DNA from: Eledone cirrhosa
Taxonomy: Eukaryota
Length of the DNA: 64,000 bases
Direction: 5' to 3'
NCBI GenBank assembly: GCA_964016885.1
Contig: OZ024742.1
Coordinates: 145,700,001 to 145,764,000, forward strand
This document shows positions 48,690-61,386 of this stretch, one piece after another; positions within the stretch are counted from its first letter, which is position 1; each line of letters begins with the position of its first letter. The position numbers were made by a program, and so were the translations under genes. The notes under the pieces were generated by a model. That model was not told where the DNA came from. It was given only the letters and a program-made list of their open reading frames with translations, and ran no database searches.

Positions 48690-49705
48690 TTTCCTTGTCT
48701 TCTCATCTGTCACTCACACTCTATTCATTGTCATCTCATCTGTCACTCACACTCTATTCATTGTCATCTCATCTTTCACTCACACTCTATTCATTGTCAT
48801 CTCATCTGTCACTCACACTCTATTCATTATCCTCTCATCTGTCACTCACACTCTATTCATTGTCATCTCATCTGTCACTCACACTCTATTCATTATCCTC
48901 TCATCTGTCACTCACACTCTATTCATTATCCTCTCATCTGTCACTCACACTCTATTCATTATCCTCTCATCTGTCACTCACACTCTTTTCCTTGTATTCT
49001 TATATGTCACTCACACTCTATTCATTGTCATCTCATCTGTCACTCACACTCTATTCATTGTCATCTCATCTGTCACTCACACTCTATTCATTGTCATCTC
49101 ATCTTTCACTCACACTCTATTCATTATCCTCTCATCTGTCACTCACACTCTATTCATTGTCATCTCATCTGTCACTCACACTCTATTCATTATCCTCTCA
49201 TCTGTCACTCACACTCTATTCATTATCCTCTTATCTTTCACTCACACTCTACTCATTATCCTCTCATCTGTCACTCACATTCTTTTCCTTGTATTCTTAT
49301 ATGTCACTCACACTCTATTCATTGTCATCTCATCTGTCACTCACACTCTATTCATTATCCTCTCATCTGTCACTCACACTCTATTCATTATCCTCTCATC
49401 TGTCACTCACACTCTATTCATTGTCATCTCATCTGTCACTCACACTCTATTCATTATCCTCTCATCTGTCACTCACACTCTATTCATTATCATCTCATCT
49501 GTCACTCACACTCTATTCATTGTCATCTCATCTGTCACTCACACTCTATTCATTATCCTCTCATCTGTCACTCACACTCTATTCATTATCATCTCATCTG
49601 TCACTCACACTCTATTCATTGTCATCTCATCTGTCACTCACACTCTATTCATTATCATCTCATCTGTCACTCACACTCTATTCATTGCCATCTGATCTGT
49701 CACTC
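48690..49705. repeat. 33-bp minisatellite (TCTCATCTGTCACTCACACTCTATTCATTRTCM), about 30 copies
   Basis: Direct reading. The 11-aa periodic ORFs are artefacts. Confidence 0.97.
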
Positions 49706-50012
49706 TCATTATTTTCTGCTCACTCTACTACACCACCTATGTAATGAAGAATGGCATTTGATCTGTTTGTACTCAATCTCTTCACTATCATTCTTCATCT
49801 CTCCACCTTTCTTCCACAATGACCTCTCTAACACTCTGTATTTTCCATCATAACAATGTGTAATGAGGAATGTCACACAATCTAACAATATCTGTTACCC
49901 TTTATTATCATATTTATTTACCCTTAGCTACCATTCTCTTCCTCAGATGATTCTTCATTAATTTCTACCATTCTCTCTTACCATCACCCAACTCAATTGT
50001 TATCTCTTCCCC

Positions 50013-50253
50013 GTACATCAAGCTGTACCTTGAGATAAAAGGGAGAGATCATGAACACTATAGATCTTTCCTGCAATCAAACCTGGACACAATGCAGCAA
50101 TGGATCCTGGACTGGCAACTCAAGTGTACCACCATGCAATTTTGGGAGGAAACACCCAGCATACACATACTCCCTCCACAACACTAATATCAAGAAGTCT
50201 TCTTGTGAATGTGACCTGGGCATTAGTGTCAGCATTGATTTGTGTTGGACGAC
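50013..50253 (+). mobile_element. CR1 fragment
   Basis: Homologous to 47207-47420 and, on the other strand, to ~43780-44015. Confidence 0.75.
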
Positions 50254-50861
50254 TTGAGACTACGTTAGTACGGTCAGGTGATGCGCATGAAAGACGACAG
50301 CTGTATAAAAAAGTGCAGGGCGATAAAAATAAACGGTAGCCACGGAGTAGGCAGACCCAGAAAAACCTGGGACGACTTGATAAATTCTGACCTCACACAC
50401 GACAATGTCCTCTCCAAGACAATGTCACTGGACCAAGATCTTTGGTGCTACATAGTTATACAGAAGACCCGCCTTGCCTAAGTACAAAGCCAAAACCTAC
50501 AGTCAGTAGGCACCTCTAACAAAATACACCCCCGTCCCACTACCCCCACCCCATCCACACCACCCCCTTAAATGTGAAGTTATGTTGGTACCACAACATC
50601 CAGTCCGAAACAAATGAGGTCATGTAGGTATCACGACAAAAAAACACACAGTCCACGCTGTAATGTGGCCGTGTAGGTAACACGGTAAAAACCTCCCAGT
50701 ACACACTGTAAACGTCGTTGGTGTTAGGAAGGGCATCCAGCTGTAGAAAACCCACCAGACAGTCCTATACGAGCAAGACAACTAATCTTGCCTCAAGTGG
50801 GAAAATTCCCATCCAAACCCATGCAAGCGTGGAAGATGGACGTTAAACGATGATGATGATG
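50254..50861 (+). mobile_element. RTE LINE 3' end with 3' UTR and (ATG)n tail
   Basis: Reverse-complement homolog of 58527-59135. Confidence 0.9.
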
Positions 50862-51350
50862 GCCCCAACCATCCTCTTACTTTTATCAGTCTGTTTCCTC
50901 CACCTCACTTGTTCTTATATTCTTTCTTATATTCACGTGTTCAGTTATGTTTGCCTTGTATGAATGGATACTATAACTTTTTAGTCTTGCAGAGAGCCTG
51001 ACAACCTCTCTAGTGCTGGTGCCACAATAAAGTGCACCCACTGCATAGTGTAAAGTGGTTAGCAAATGAATTTAAGGAAGACAATGTAGGGTAGAGCAGA
51101 CTGTATAGTTGTGTGATGTAAATGAAATGTTCTCTAGTGTTGGCACTACAATAAAAAATCACCCAGTACATTCTGTAATATAGTTGGTCGTAGGAAGGAC
51201 AACATAGTAATTATACTAAACATAGATTGTACAAGTGAGCCATAGACGTGTAATGCATCTAAGAGGTCAATGACTCCAAGTAAAAATGAAACTAAACTGA
51301 AAACCCATCTCACCCATACCAGCATGAAAAGTATCCATAAAATAATGATT

Positions 51351-51386
<36 letters not shown>

Positions 51387-51508
51387 GTGGTGGTGGAGAT
51401 TTGTATTCATGAATATTTATTCATATTTATTAAAAAAAACAACCTAAATCATTTCTTTCTCTCTCTTTATTTATCTATCTGTCACTGTTGCCCCCCCCCC
51501 CTCTCTCC

Positions 51509-51558
<50 letters not shown>

Positions 51559-51571
51559 TTCTATCTCTATC

Positions 51572-52830
51572 TGAAAGCTAACCTGCTGAAGGCGACAGAT
51601 GAAACCTGTGGCTGGAGCAGACCTATAGGCAGGAGGAGAGTAACTTGGTGGTGGAACAGTAAGGTGGAGGGGTCAATCCAGGCCAAAAAGCAGTCTTGGA
51701 AAGCATGGCGGGATGGGGGAAGTAGAGAAGACTATCAAGTGGCCAGGAGGGAAGCTAGGAGACAAGTGTACTGCGCAAGAAGGGAAGCAGAGGAAAGAAA
51801 GTTCAAGCACGTTCTACAACGCGAGGACCAAAAACGTGAGGTGTTCAGGATTGCTAGGCAATGTGTCAAGGAAAACAGTGATATTGTCAGGGAGAAGTGT
51901 GTCCTTAATGATGATGGTGTACTTGCCATCACTGACGCTGATAAGAAGGTAGCTTGGAAGTGTCACTACGAAAGGCTACTAAATGAGGAGAATAAATGGG
52001 AGAAAGACAGTCTCCCCCACATCGACCCAATAGAGGGACCAGCAGTGCAAGTTGAAGGTAGTATAATAAACTTCCAAAAGTCCCTGGCCTGGCAGTGCTA
52101 CCGAGGAGCTCTACCAGTTCGAGACAAGCTCTACAGACATGGGCGCCCGGGCAGGGACCCTGCAAAAAAGATCTGTCCGAGGTGCGTGCGAGACGAAGAA
52201 ACCGTCGTGCATGCATTCATACACTGCCCGGGCGTCACCGACCTGTGGGGCTATGTAGAACGACTATTGTCGCGGGTGGGACCAGTCCAGTTGACCACCG
52301 AGTCCATTGTCATGATCAAACCGCCACCCTCCTTCAAAAACGAAGGAGAGGCGGTTTTCCTTTGTGTGATAGCTATGGCGAAAGAGGTTGTATGGTGGAC
52401 AAGGTTGAAAGGGCTGAGGTCAGACACCTTTCTCTCCGGCCAACAACTGATTCTTTTTTTCAAATACCACTTTGGAAGAAGAATCAGGATGGAGAGAGAG
52501 GTGCTGTACCCCAGCAAGTTTTATGAAAGGTGGGTGAAAGTGGCGAGAATGGCCCGAGTGAATGGGCCTTCTCTCTATATCAGCCTGTAGGTTGAGGAAA
52601 AGGAGGAGGAGAGGAAAGGAGTACAAACTCTTCGTACTCCTGGAGATGAGGGTTGCACATTTTTTTTCGGGGTTATGTGTTACCCATATAAACTGTCTCC
52701 CTCTATTGGGGAAAATCGACTAACTTTTTAAATTCCATTTGTGATAACATTTTACACGTTTTTATTGTATGTAAACTTCCCCCTTTGTATTTGTCCCCTT
52801 CTTTTGTGCCCCTGTGGCTAATAAAGAAAT
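51572..52830 (+). mobile_element. Chimeric retro-insertion: RTE internal fragment (51572-52069) fused to an L1/Tx1-type 3' end (52070-52830)
   Basis: The first part is near-identical to 60538-61034 (minus strand). The second part encodes a zf-RVT-like WQCYRGALPV...CPRC..EETVVHAFIHC, followed by a 3' UTR, AATAAA and (TCTA)n. Confidence 0.85.
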
Positions 52831-52917
52831 CTATCTATCTATCTATCTATCTATTTCTTTCTCTCACTTTATATATCTATATGTCACTGTTGCCCTCCTC
52901 TCTCTCTCTGGCGCCCG

Positions 52918-52986
<69 letters not shown>

Positions 52987-53308
52987 TTCTTTCTCTCACT
53001 TTATATATCTATATGTCACTGTTGCCCTCCCCTCTCTCTCTCTTTCTCTCATTCTCTCTCTTTATTTATCTCTCTCTGGCGCCCGTCCCCCCCCCCCCCC
53101 CCCCTCTCTCTCTCTCCTTTCCCCTGTATCTATAGGATCTAACTATAAATATTTTACTAACCAGTTGGAATATTTCAAGCAGACAAGTCAACAGGATGTA
53201 ATGAGTTAAAGTTTTCAGTGTCCTATACATGTTGATTGTGTTATTAATGTTAAGTGGAAGGCCATTGGAGTCTATTACATGCACAACCTTGTTTATATTT
53301 ATGTGCAT

Positions 53309-53543
53309 GTGTGTGTGTGTGTGAAGGTATATATGTTACGTGTGTGTGTGTGTGTGTGCGTGTGTGAAGGTATATATGCTACGTATGTGTGTGTGTGTGT
53401 GAAGGTATATATGTTACGTGTGTGTGCGTGTGCGTGTATGTGTGTGTGTGCGTGTGCGTATGTGTATGTGTGTGTGTATGTGTGTGTGTGAAGGTATATA
53501 TGTTACGTGTGTGTGTGTGTGTGTGTGTGAAGGTATATATGTT

Positions 53544-53576
<33 letters not shown>

Positions 53577-53595
53577 GGTATATATGTTACGTGTG

Positions 53596-53673
<78 letters not shown>

Positions 53674-53969
53674 GGTATATATGTTACGTGTGTGTGTGTG
53701 CGTGCGTGTGTGTGTGTGTGTATGTGTATGTGTGTGTGTATGTGTGTGTGTGTATGTGTGTGAAGGTATATATGTTACGTGTGTGTGTGTGCGTGCGTGT
53801 GTGTGTGTATGTGTGTGTGTGTGTGTGTGTGTGAAGGTATATATGTTACGCGTGTGTGTGTGCGTGCGTGTGTGTGTGCGTGCGTGTGTGTGTGTGTGTG
53901 TGTGTGTGAAGGTATATATGTTACGTGTGTGTGTGTGTGAAGGTATATATGTTACGTGTGTGTGTGTGC

Positions 53970-54012
<43 letters not shown>

Positions 54013-54126
54013 GGTATATATGTTACGTGTGTGTGTGTGCGCGTGTGTGTGTGTGTGTATGTGTGTGTGTGTGTGTGAAGGTATATATGTTACGTGTGTG
54101 TGTGTGTGTGTGAAGGTATATATGTT

Positions 54127-54167
<41 letters not shown>

Positions 54168-54242
54168 CGCGTGTGTGTGTGTGTGTATGTGTGTGTGTGT
54201 GAAGGTATATATGTTACGTGTGTGTGCGTGCGTGCGTGCGTG

Positions 54243-54275
<33 letters not shown>

Positions 54276-54538
54276 CTGTCTGTAAATGTGTATATGGGTG
54301 TGTGAGTGTGTCTGCATGTGACTATGTGCGTGCGAGAACGAATGTGGGTGTGTGAGTGTGCCTGCATGTGTTTGTGTGTGAGTGTGTCCGTATGTGTCTG
54401 TGTGTGAGTGTGTCTGCATGTGTATGTGTGTGTGTGTGTGTGTGAGTGTGTCTGTATGTGTTTGTATGTGTCTGTATGTGTTTGTGAGTGTGTCTGTATG
54501 TGTTTGTGTGTGTGTGTGTGTGTGAAGGTATATATGTT

Positions 54539-54573
<35 letters not shown>

Positions 54574-54672
54574 GGTATATATGTTACGTGTGTGTGTGTG
54601 TGTGTGTGTGTGCGTGCGTGTGTGTGTGCGTGCGTGTGTGTGTGTGTGTGTGTGTGTGAAGGTATATATGTT

Positions 54673-54709
<37 letters not shown>

Positions 54710-54719
54710 CGTGTGTGTG

Positions 54720-54759
<40 letters not shown>

Positions 54760-55800
54760 TGTGCCTGCATGTGTTTGTGTGTGAGTGTGTCCGTATGTGT
54801 CCGTGTGTGAGTGCGTCTGCATGTGTTTGTGCGTGTGTGTGTGTGTGAGTGTGTCTGTATGTGTTTGTGTGTGTGTGTGTGAGTGTGTCTGTATGTGTTT
54901 GTGTGTGTGTGTGTGTGAGTGTGTCTGTATGTGTTTGTATGTGTCTGTATGTGTTTGTGAGTGTGTCTGTATGTGTTTGTGTGTGTGTGTGTGTGTGAGT
55001 GTGTCTGCATGTGTTTGTGTGTGTGTGTGTGAGTGTGTCTGTATGTGTTTGTGTGTGTGAGTGTGTCTGTATGTGTTTGTATGTGTCTTTGTGTGTTTGT
55101 GAGTGTGTCTGTATGTGTTTGTGTGTGTGTGTGTGTGAGTGTGTCTGCATGTGTTTGTGTGTGTGTGAGTGTGTCTGTATGTGTTTGTGTGTGTGTGTTT
55201 GTGAGTGTGTCTCTATGTGTTTGTATGTGTCTGTGTGTGAGTGTGTCTGCATGTGTTTGTGTGTCTGTGTGTGTGAGTGCGTCTGTATGTGTTTGTGTGT
55301 AAGTGTGTCTGTATGTGTTTGTATGTGTGAGTGTGTCTATATGTGTTTGTGTGTGTGTAAGTGTGTCTGCATGTGTTTGTGTGTCTGTGTGTGTGAGTGT
55401 GTCTGTATGTGTGTGTGAGTGTGTCTCTATGTGTTTGTATGTGTCTGTGTGTGAGTGTGTCTGTATGTGTTTGTATGTGTGAGTGTGTCTGTATGTGTTT
55501 GTGTGTGTGTTAGTGTGTCTGTATGTGTTTATGTGTGTGTATGTGAGTGTGTTTGTATGTGTTTGTGTGTGAGTGTATCTGCATGTGTTTGTGTGTCTGT
55601 GTGTGAGTGTGTCTGCATGCATGTATGTATGTGTGTGTCTAAGTGTGTGAGTGTGTCTGCATGCATCTATGTATGTGTGTATATGTGTGTGTGTGTCTAT
55701 GTGTGTGAGTGTGTCTGCATGCATCTATGTATGTATGTGTGTGTGTCTATGTGTGTGAGTGTGTCTGCATGCATCTATGTATGTGTGTATGTGTGTGTGT
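53309..55800. repeat. Compound (GT)n satellite, punctuated by GAAGGTATATATGTTAC up to ~54675, then GAGTGTGTCTGYATGTGTTT-type units
   Basis: Direct reading. Confidence 0.95.
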
Positions 55801-56199
55801 GACTGCATGTGCAGACCAAGGTTTGAATACCATGTTATGGTATAAATAGGATGTTATTTTTCTTCTGAAATTGCTGATTAATTATATCTGGTGTGATCTC
55901 TGTGCAGTGTCTGTAACTAAGTCACCATAGCAGTAATTAGTTACTAATTAGTTCAGCTCAACTTAGTAAACATTAATTTATAATTGACTTTTCCGACATG
56001 CAAAGTTAATTTCAAACATTGCCATAACTATAGCAATCCTACATGTCAGAGAGTATTCTCCCACACTCTCTGGGATTGTATGATTGATGTAGCAATGAGT
56101 GTTGATATCTACGATATACATCAACACACATATTATAGACACTAAGGACATATAATTTCTGTAACTATAGCAAAAATAGGTGCGTTTCCTCACAGAACT

Positions 56200-56645
56200 A
56201 TCTGGCCTAATTAAGCCCTCAAGTGGTGGTGAGATCCACTAAGATATATTATTCACTGACACAAAGTGATGTGGTCCTTCACTGAACTAACAACTTAGAT
56301 TCACTTAAGCCATTAAGTGGCCCACTCAGTTATACTACTCACTCACACAAAGGGATGTGATCTCTCTCTGTACTGATACACTAGGTTCACTTAGGCCCTC
56401 AAGTGGGGATGTGAGGTCCACTGGGTTATACGATTCACTCATACAACTGACTGACTGATGGACCGGATAACTTAGATTCACTTAAGCCCTCAAGTAGTGA
56501 CGAGTGGCCCACTTGATTATACCACTCACTCACACAAAGGGATGTGATCCCTCTCTGTACTGATACATTAGGTTCACTTAGGCCCTCAAGTGGGGATGTG
56601 AGGTCCACTGGGTTATACGATTCACTCATACAACTGACTGACTCA
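56200..56645. repeat. Tandem duplication, ~180-190-bp period with ~90-bp subunits
   Basis: 56292-56458 is similar to 56469-56643. Confidence 0.8.
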
Positions 56646-56901
56646 CTCACTCACTCGAAATGGCCTTGTTAAGTGTGTAGGAAAGGAGTGGATAGAAATT
56701 CTATCCTATGTCTCAAATGAAAACAATGTAAGTTTGACTGTTAAATAGTTGAACAATTTGGGAATATCAGCCCTAAGCTTAATGCTTCTATCACTCACTC
56801 TGATCACTTCAATTACACACACACACAAGTGTGTATATATATGCGTTCAGACATTGCTGTTGAAACGGCTGGAGCTCAGCCGTTGGGGTCCTGACTCTTT
56901 T

Positions 56902-56965
<64 letters not shown>

Positions 56966-57734
56966 TACGATCGACTTCTGCACAGTTCTGTCTACTGAAT
57001 TTCACTTATAAGGCATTGGATATCAAAAGCTATAGAAGTCACTTACCCAAAGTGCCATGCAGTGAAGCTGAGCCCAAAACCAAGTTGTTTCAAAGTAAAC
57101 TTTTTAAACACACTGCTATGCCTGCACATATATTGTTATAAGTTCCAAATATACTATACAAGAAAAATAATAGAAATACTAATAAAGCTGGAAATAATTG
57201 GATTTCTTTGAACATGCAGAAAAAAAACTTTGATCTATGTTGACTACAGTAATTTACTATAATACTATTTTACACATCTTTAGCTAACACAGTTTAGTTT
57301 TATTTAAACAAAGTATAAAAAAAAATAGAAACGAGCTAATAATCAGATTGGACTAAAGAATTTATGTTTCGATTGTTGGATTTTCCATTGCTGATAGTGT
57401 CTGCCAGTTGCAACTCCAGGCAGAAGGAAGCAAGATTTGAACTCAGAATGCAAAGAGGCAGATCAGATACTGCAATGGATCCTAACTGTTTCTTTCAACA
57501 ATTCCACCTGTTACATTATTTATCAACCCAAAAAGGAGGAAAAGCAAAGTTGATTTGATGAGATTTGAATGCAGAATCCTGAATAGATACTGAGGCATTT
57601 ACTCTTTAGCAGATTTATAATATTGATAAAAGTATTTGTATCAACAGGGGGCACCAATATAGCAGACATTTAATAGTCACCAGTTTAGCAGAAAAATAAT
57701 ATTATGCCATATAATAATAATATCAACGACAAAT

Positions 57735-58107
57735 AATAATTGTTTCTACTTTAGGCACAAGGCCAGCAATTACCCAGTGCATTACTGGTACTTTATTTTA
57801 TCGACCCCGTAAGGATGAAAGGCGAAGTCAACCTCGGCGGGATTGACTTTAATAATAATAATAATACGACAATAATATGACAATAATAATAATAATAATT
57901 GTTTCTAATTTAGGCACAAGGCCAGCATTTTTTTTAAGGGGAAGGAAAAGTCAAATAAATCGACCCCAGTGTATTACTGGTGCTTTATTTTATCGACCTC
58001 ATAAGGATGAAAGGCAAAGTTAACCTCGGCGGGATTTGAACTCAGAATGTAAAGGGATGTAACTATGCTAGAAAGCATGGCGTCCAACCCTCTACCGATA
58101 CTGCCAA
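57735..58107 (-). mobile_element. Two SINE family 2 copies (57735-57845 partial; 57895-58107)
   Basis: Homologous to 16958-17147. Confidence 0.8.
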
Positions 58108-58526
58108 TGATGTATTTTGTTGTAGCAGGAAAGGTATGGTTGGTTATAGCAATAAATGTAACGATTTTGTTATATGGCAATGTTAGTTGAATTGAGGTTT
58201 GGCTGTAAGTCCCAGGTTCTGTTGCTGCTGTGATAATAACTCTGGAAAGGATCTTTCCATATCACATTTAAAGGTTATGGCTATGGTAATAGGATCACAA
58301 GACTTTACAATGTTTTTACATATTTTATTTACAAACCGATTACAAAGGTTGAGCTGGCATGCCAAACAAAGAAATAAACAAATTAAGAGTTTAGAAGGTA
58401 CGGTCGACTGGCTGAGGTGCTGCCAGACCGTAGTTATGTTGTTGTCGTTACATATTGGCTGGTGGTCGAACGGCAAAAACAAAATGGTGTGTTTACCTTT
58501 CCACGATTGAAGCAACAAGAGACAGT

Positions 58527-61386
58527 ATCATCATCATCATCATCATCATCGTTTAACGTCCATTTTCCACGCTAGCATGGGTCTGGACGGGAATTGTCCC
58601 ACTTGAGGCAAGATTGGTTGTCTTGCTCAGGACTGTCTGGCGGATTTTCTACGGCTGGATGCCCTTCCTAACACCAACCACGTTTACAGTGTGGACTGGG
58701 AGGTTTTTACCGTGTTACCTACATGGCCACATTACAGCGTGGACTGTGTGTTTTTTTGTCGTGACACCTACACGACCTCATTTGTTTCGGACTGGATGTT
58801 GTGGTACCAACATAACTTCACATTTAAGGAGGTGGTGTGGATGGGGTGGGTGTAGTGGGACGGGGGTGTATTTTGTTAGAGGTGCCTACTGACTGTAGGT
58901 TTCGCTTTGTACTTAGGCAAGGCGGGTCTTCTGTATAACTGTGTAGCCCCAAAGATCTCGGTCCAGTGACATTGTCTTGGAGAGGTGTAAGTGTGTGAGG
59001 TCGGAATTTATCAAGTCGTCCCAGGTTTTTCTGGGTCTGCCTACTCCGTGGCTACCGTCTATTTTTATCGCCCTGCACTTTTTTATATAGCTGTCGTCTT
59101 TCATGCGCATCACGTGACCGTACCAACGTAGTCTTTTCTCGAGTAAACAACATCTGATCCCTCTTATTCCTAATTTCTCCCTTAGTTCGTTTATGCTTTG
59201 CCGTTCACGTATATTACTATTACACATCCAGCGGAGCATGCAAGCTTCGTTTCTCTCCAGTCTGCGTATATCCTCTGCACACAATGCCCAGGTCTCACTG
59301 CCATGTAACATTGCTGTTCGTATGCAGACATCATACAGTCTGCCTGTCATTTTTAGAGAGAAACCTTTAGCAGCCAATAGTGGTATAAGCTCTCTGAACT
59401 TTTTCCATCCCGTTCTGACTCTGGCTACTGTACTTTCAGAGCACCCTCCACCACTGCTGATTTTGTCACACAGGTAATGGAAGGTGTCCACTATTTCTAT
59501 AGAACCATCTGTGCAATGGAATGAGCTAGTATTCTGTGGGCACTTGCTGCTACTTATTGCACCTGAGCACCGGCCACATATTAAATCTATGTTCTTAGTT
59601 AGCTTACCTGTGATCCCACTACATCTTTTATGCACCCATACTTTGCATTTGGGACATAAAATGGAGTTTCTGCCTACTCCTTTCCTACAGACTGAGCATG
59701 GCCATTTCCCAGAGGGAACCAGTGCCCTATTTTCCTTCCTACATACTAGAACTTTAGTCTTAGACAAGTTAATTTTAAGGCCTTTTGATTCTAGGCCATG
59801 CTTCCATGTTTGGAATTTCTTCTCTAGTTCAGCCATTGATTCAGCTATGAGCATTAGATCATCTGCATATAGAAGTTCCCATGGGCAGCCAGTCTTGAAC
59901 TCCTCTGTTATAGCCTGAAGGGCAATAATAAATAGTAGGGGGCTAAGGACGGAGCCCTGATGAACACCAACTTTTATGCTAAACTCTTCACTATATTCGT
60001 TGTTAATTCTAACCTTGCTGACTGTTTCTTTATACATGGCTTGTATAGCTCTCACAAGCCATTCATCAACACCTAGTTTTCTAAGAGCCCACCAGATAAT
60101 GGAATGGGGGACTCTGTCGAAGGCTTTCTCCAAGTCGACAAAAGCTAAGTATAGGGGTTTACTTTTAGCTAGGTACTTCTCCTGTAGTTGTCGTACAATG
60201 AAGAGAGCGTCTGTTGTACTTTTACCTGGCACAAACCCGAACTGCATTTCGCTCTCTGATTAGTTACGCTATTACTTTTTCTGTGACCTTCATGACCTGG
60301 TCTATTAATTTAATGCCTCTATAGTTTCCCCTATCTAGAGCATCACCTTTACCCTTGTAGCAGTTAATGATGATGATGCTGCGCCAGTCCTTCGGAACGA
60401 CCCCATTTTGTATGACTTGGTTTACTATCCGAGTGACCATAGTGTGTCCCACCGTTCCAGATGCTTTCAGCATTTCAGCAACTATTTCCGAAGGCCTGGC
60501 CGCCTTGCCCGTCTTCATGTCTTTGATTGCCTTACTTATTATACTACCTTCAACTTGCACTGCTGGTCCCTCTATTGGGTCGATGTGGGGGAGACTGTCT
60601 TTCTCCCAATTATTCTCCTCATTTAGTAGCCTTTCGTAGTGACACTTCCAAGCTACTTTCTTATCAGCGTCAGTGATGGCAAGTACACCATCATCATTAA
60701 GGACACACTTCTCCCCGACAATATCACTGTTTTCCTTGACACATTGCCTAGCAATCCTGAACACCTCACGTTTTTGGTCCTCGCGTTGTAGAACATGCTT
60801 GAACTTTCTTTCCTCTGCTTCCCTTCTTGCGAAGTACACTTTTCTCCTAGCTTCCGTCCTGGCCACTTGATAGTCTTCTCTACTTCCCCCATCCCGCCAT
60901 GCTTTCCAAGCCTGCTTTTTGGCCTGGATTGACCCCTCCACCTTACTGTTCCACCACCAAGTTACTCTCCTCCTGCCTATAGGTCTGCTCCAGTCACAGG
61001 TTTCATCTGTCGCCTTCAGCAGGTTAGCTTTCAGGAATTCCCACTGTTCCTCTATATTGTACGACTCTAATTGCTCTTCCTTACTATCAAAAGCATCAAG
61101 TAATATGCTTTTAAATTTATTACTGGCTGTGGGGTCTTTTAACTTCCATATTTTTCTCCTGGGGATAGTCCTCTTCTGTTGTCGAGTACGTCTCGTCCTG
61201 ACTACGAGGTCGCTAATTATGAGTCTATGTTGAGAGGTGTATTCTTCATGGGGGAGGGATTTTGTGTTTACAACAGACACTCTGTCACGTCTCCTAGTAA
61301 GGATATAATCTACCTGGCTTGTGTGTTCCCCCGATCTATAGGTGATCAAGTGATTGTCTCGTTTTTTGAAGTTAGTGTTACAGTAT
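58527..61386 (-). mobile_element. RTE-clade LINE, 5'-truncated within the APE domain; RT with PHD finger; one stop codon and a small deletion near 60250-60266
   Basis: ORFs 60264-61349 (SQVDYILT, SQHRLII) and 58913-60247 (RT). (CAT)n tail. Possible TSD ACAGTAT. Confidence 0.95.

Noticed and set aside
48523-49744. 390-aa hydrophobic repeat ORF resembling a membrane protein
   Set aside because: It is the 33-bp minisatellite read in frame.
53309-54690. CRISPR-like repeat/spacer appearance
   Set aside because: Spacers are (GT)n, there are no cas genes, and the context is eukaryotic.
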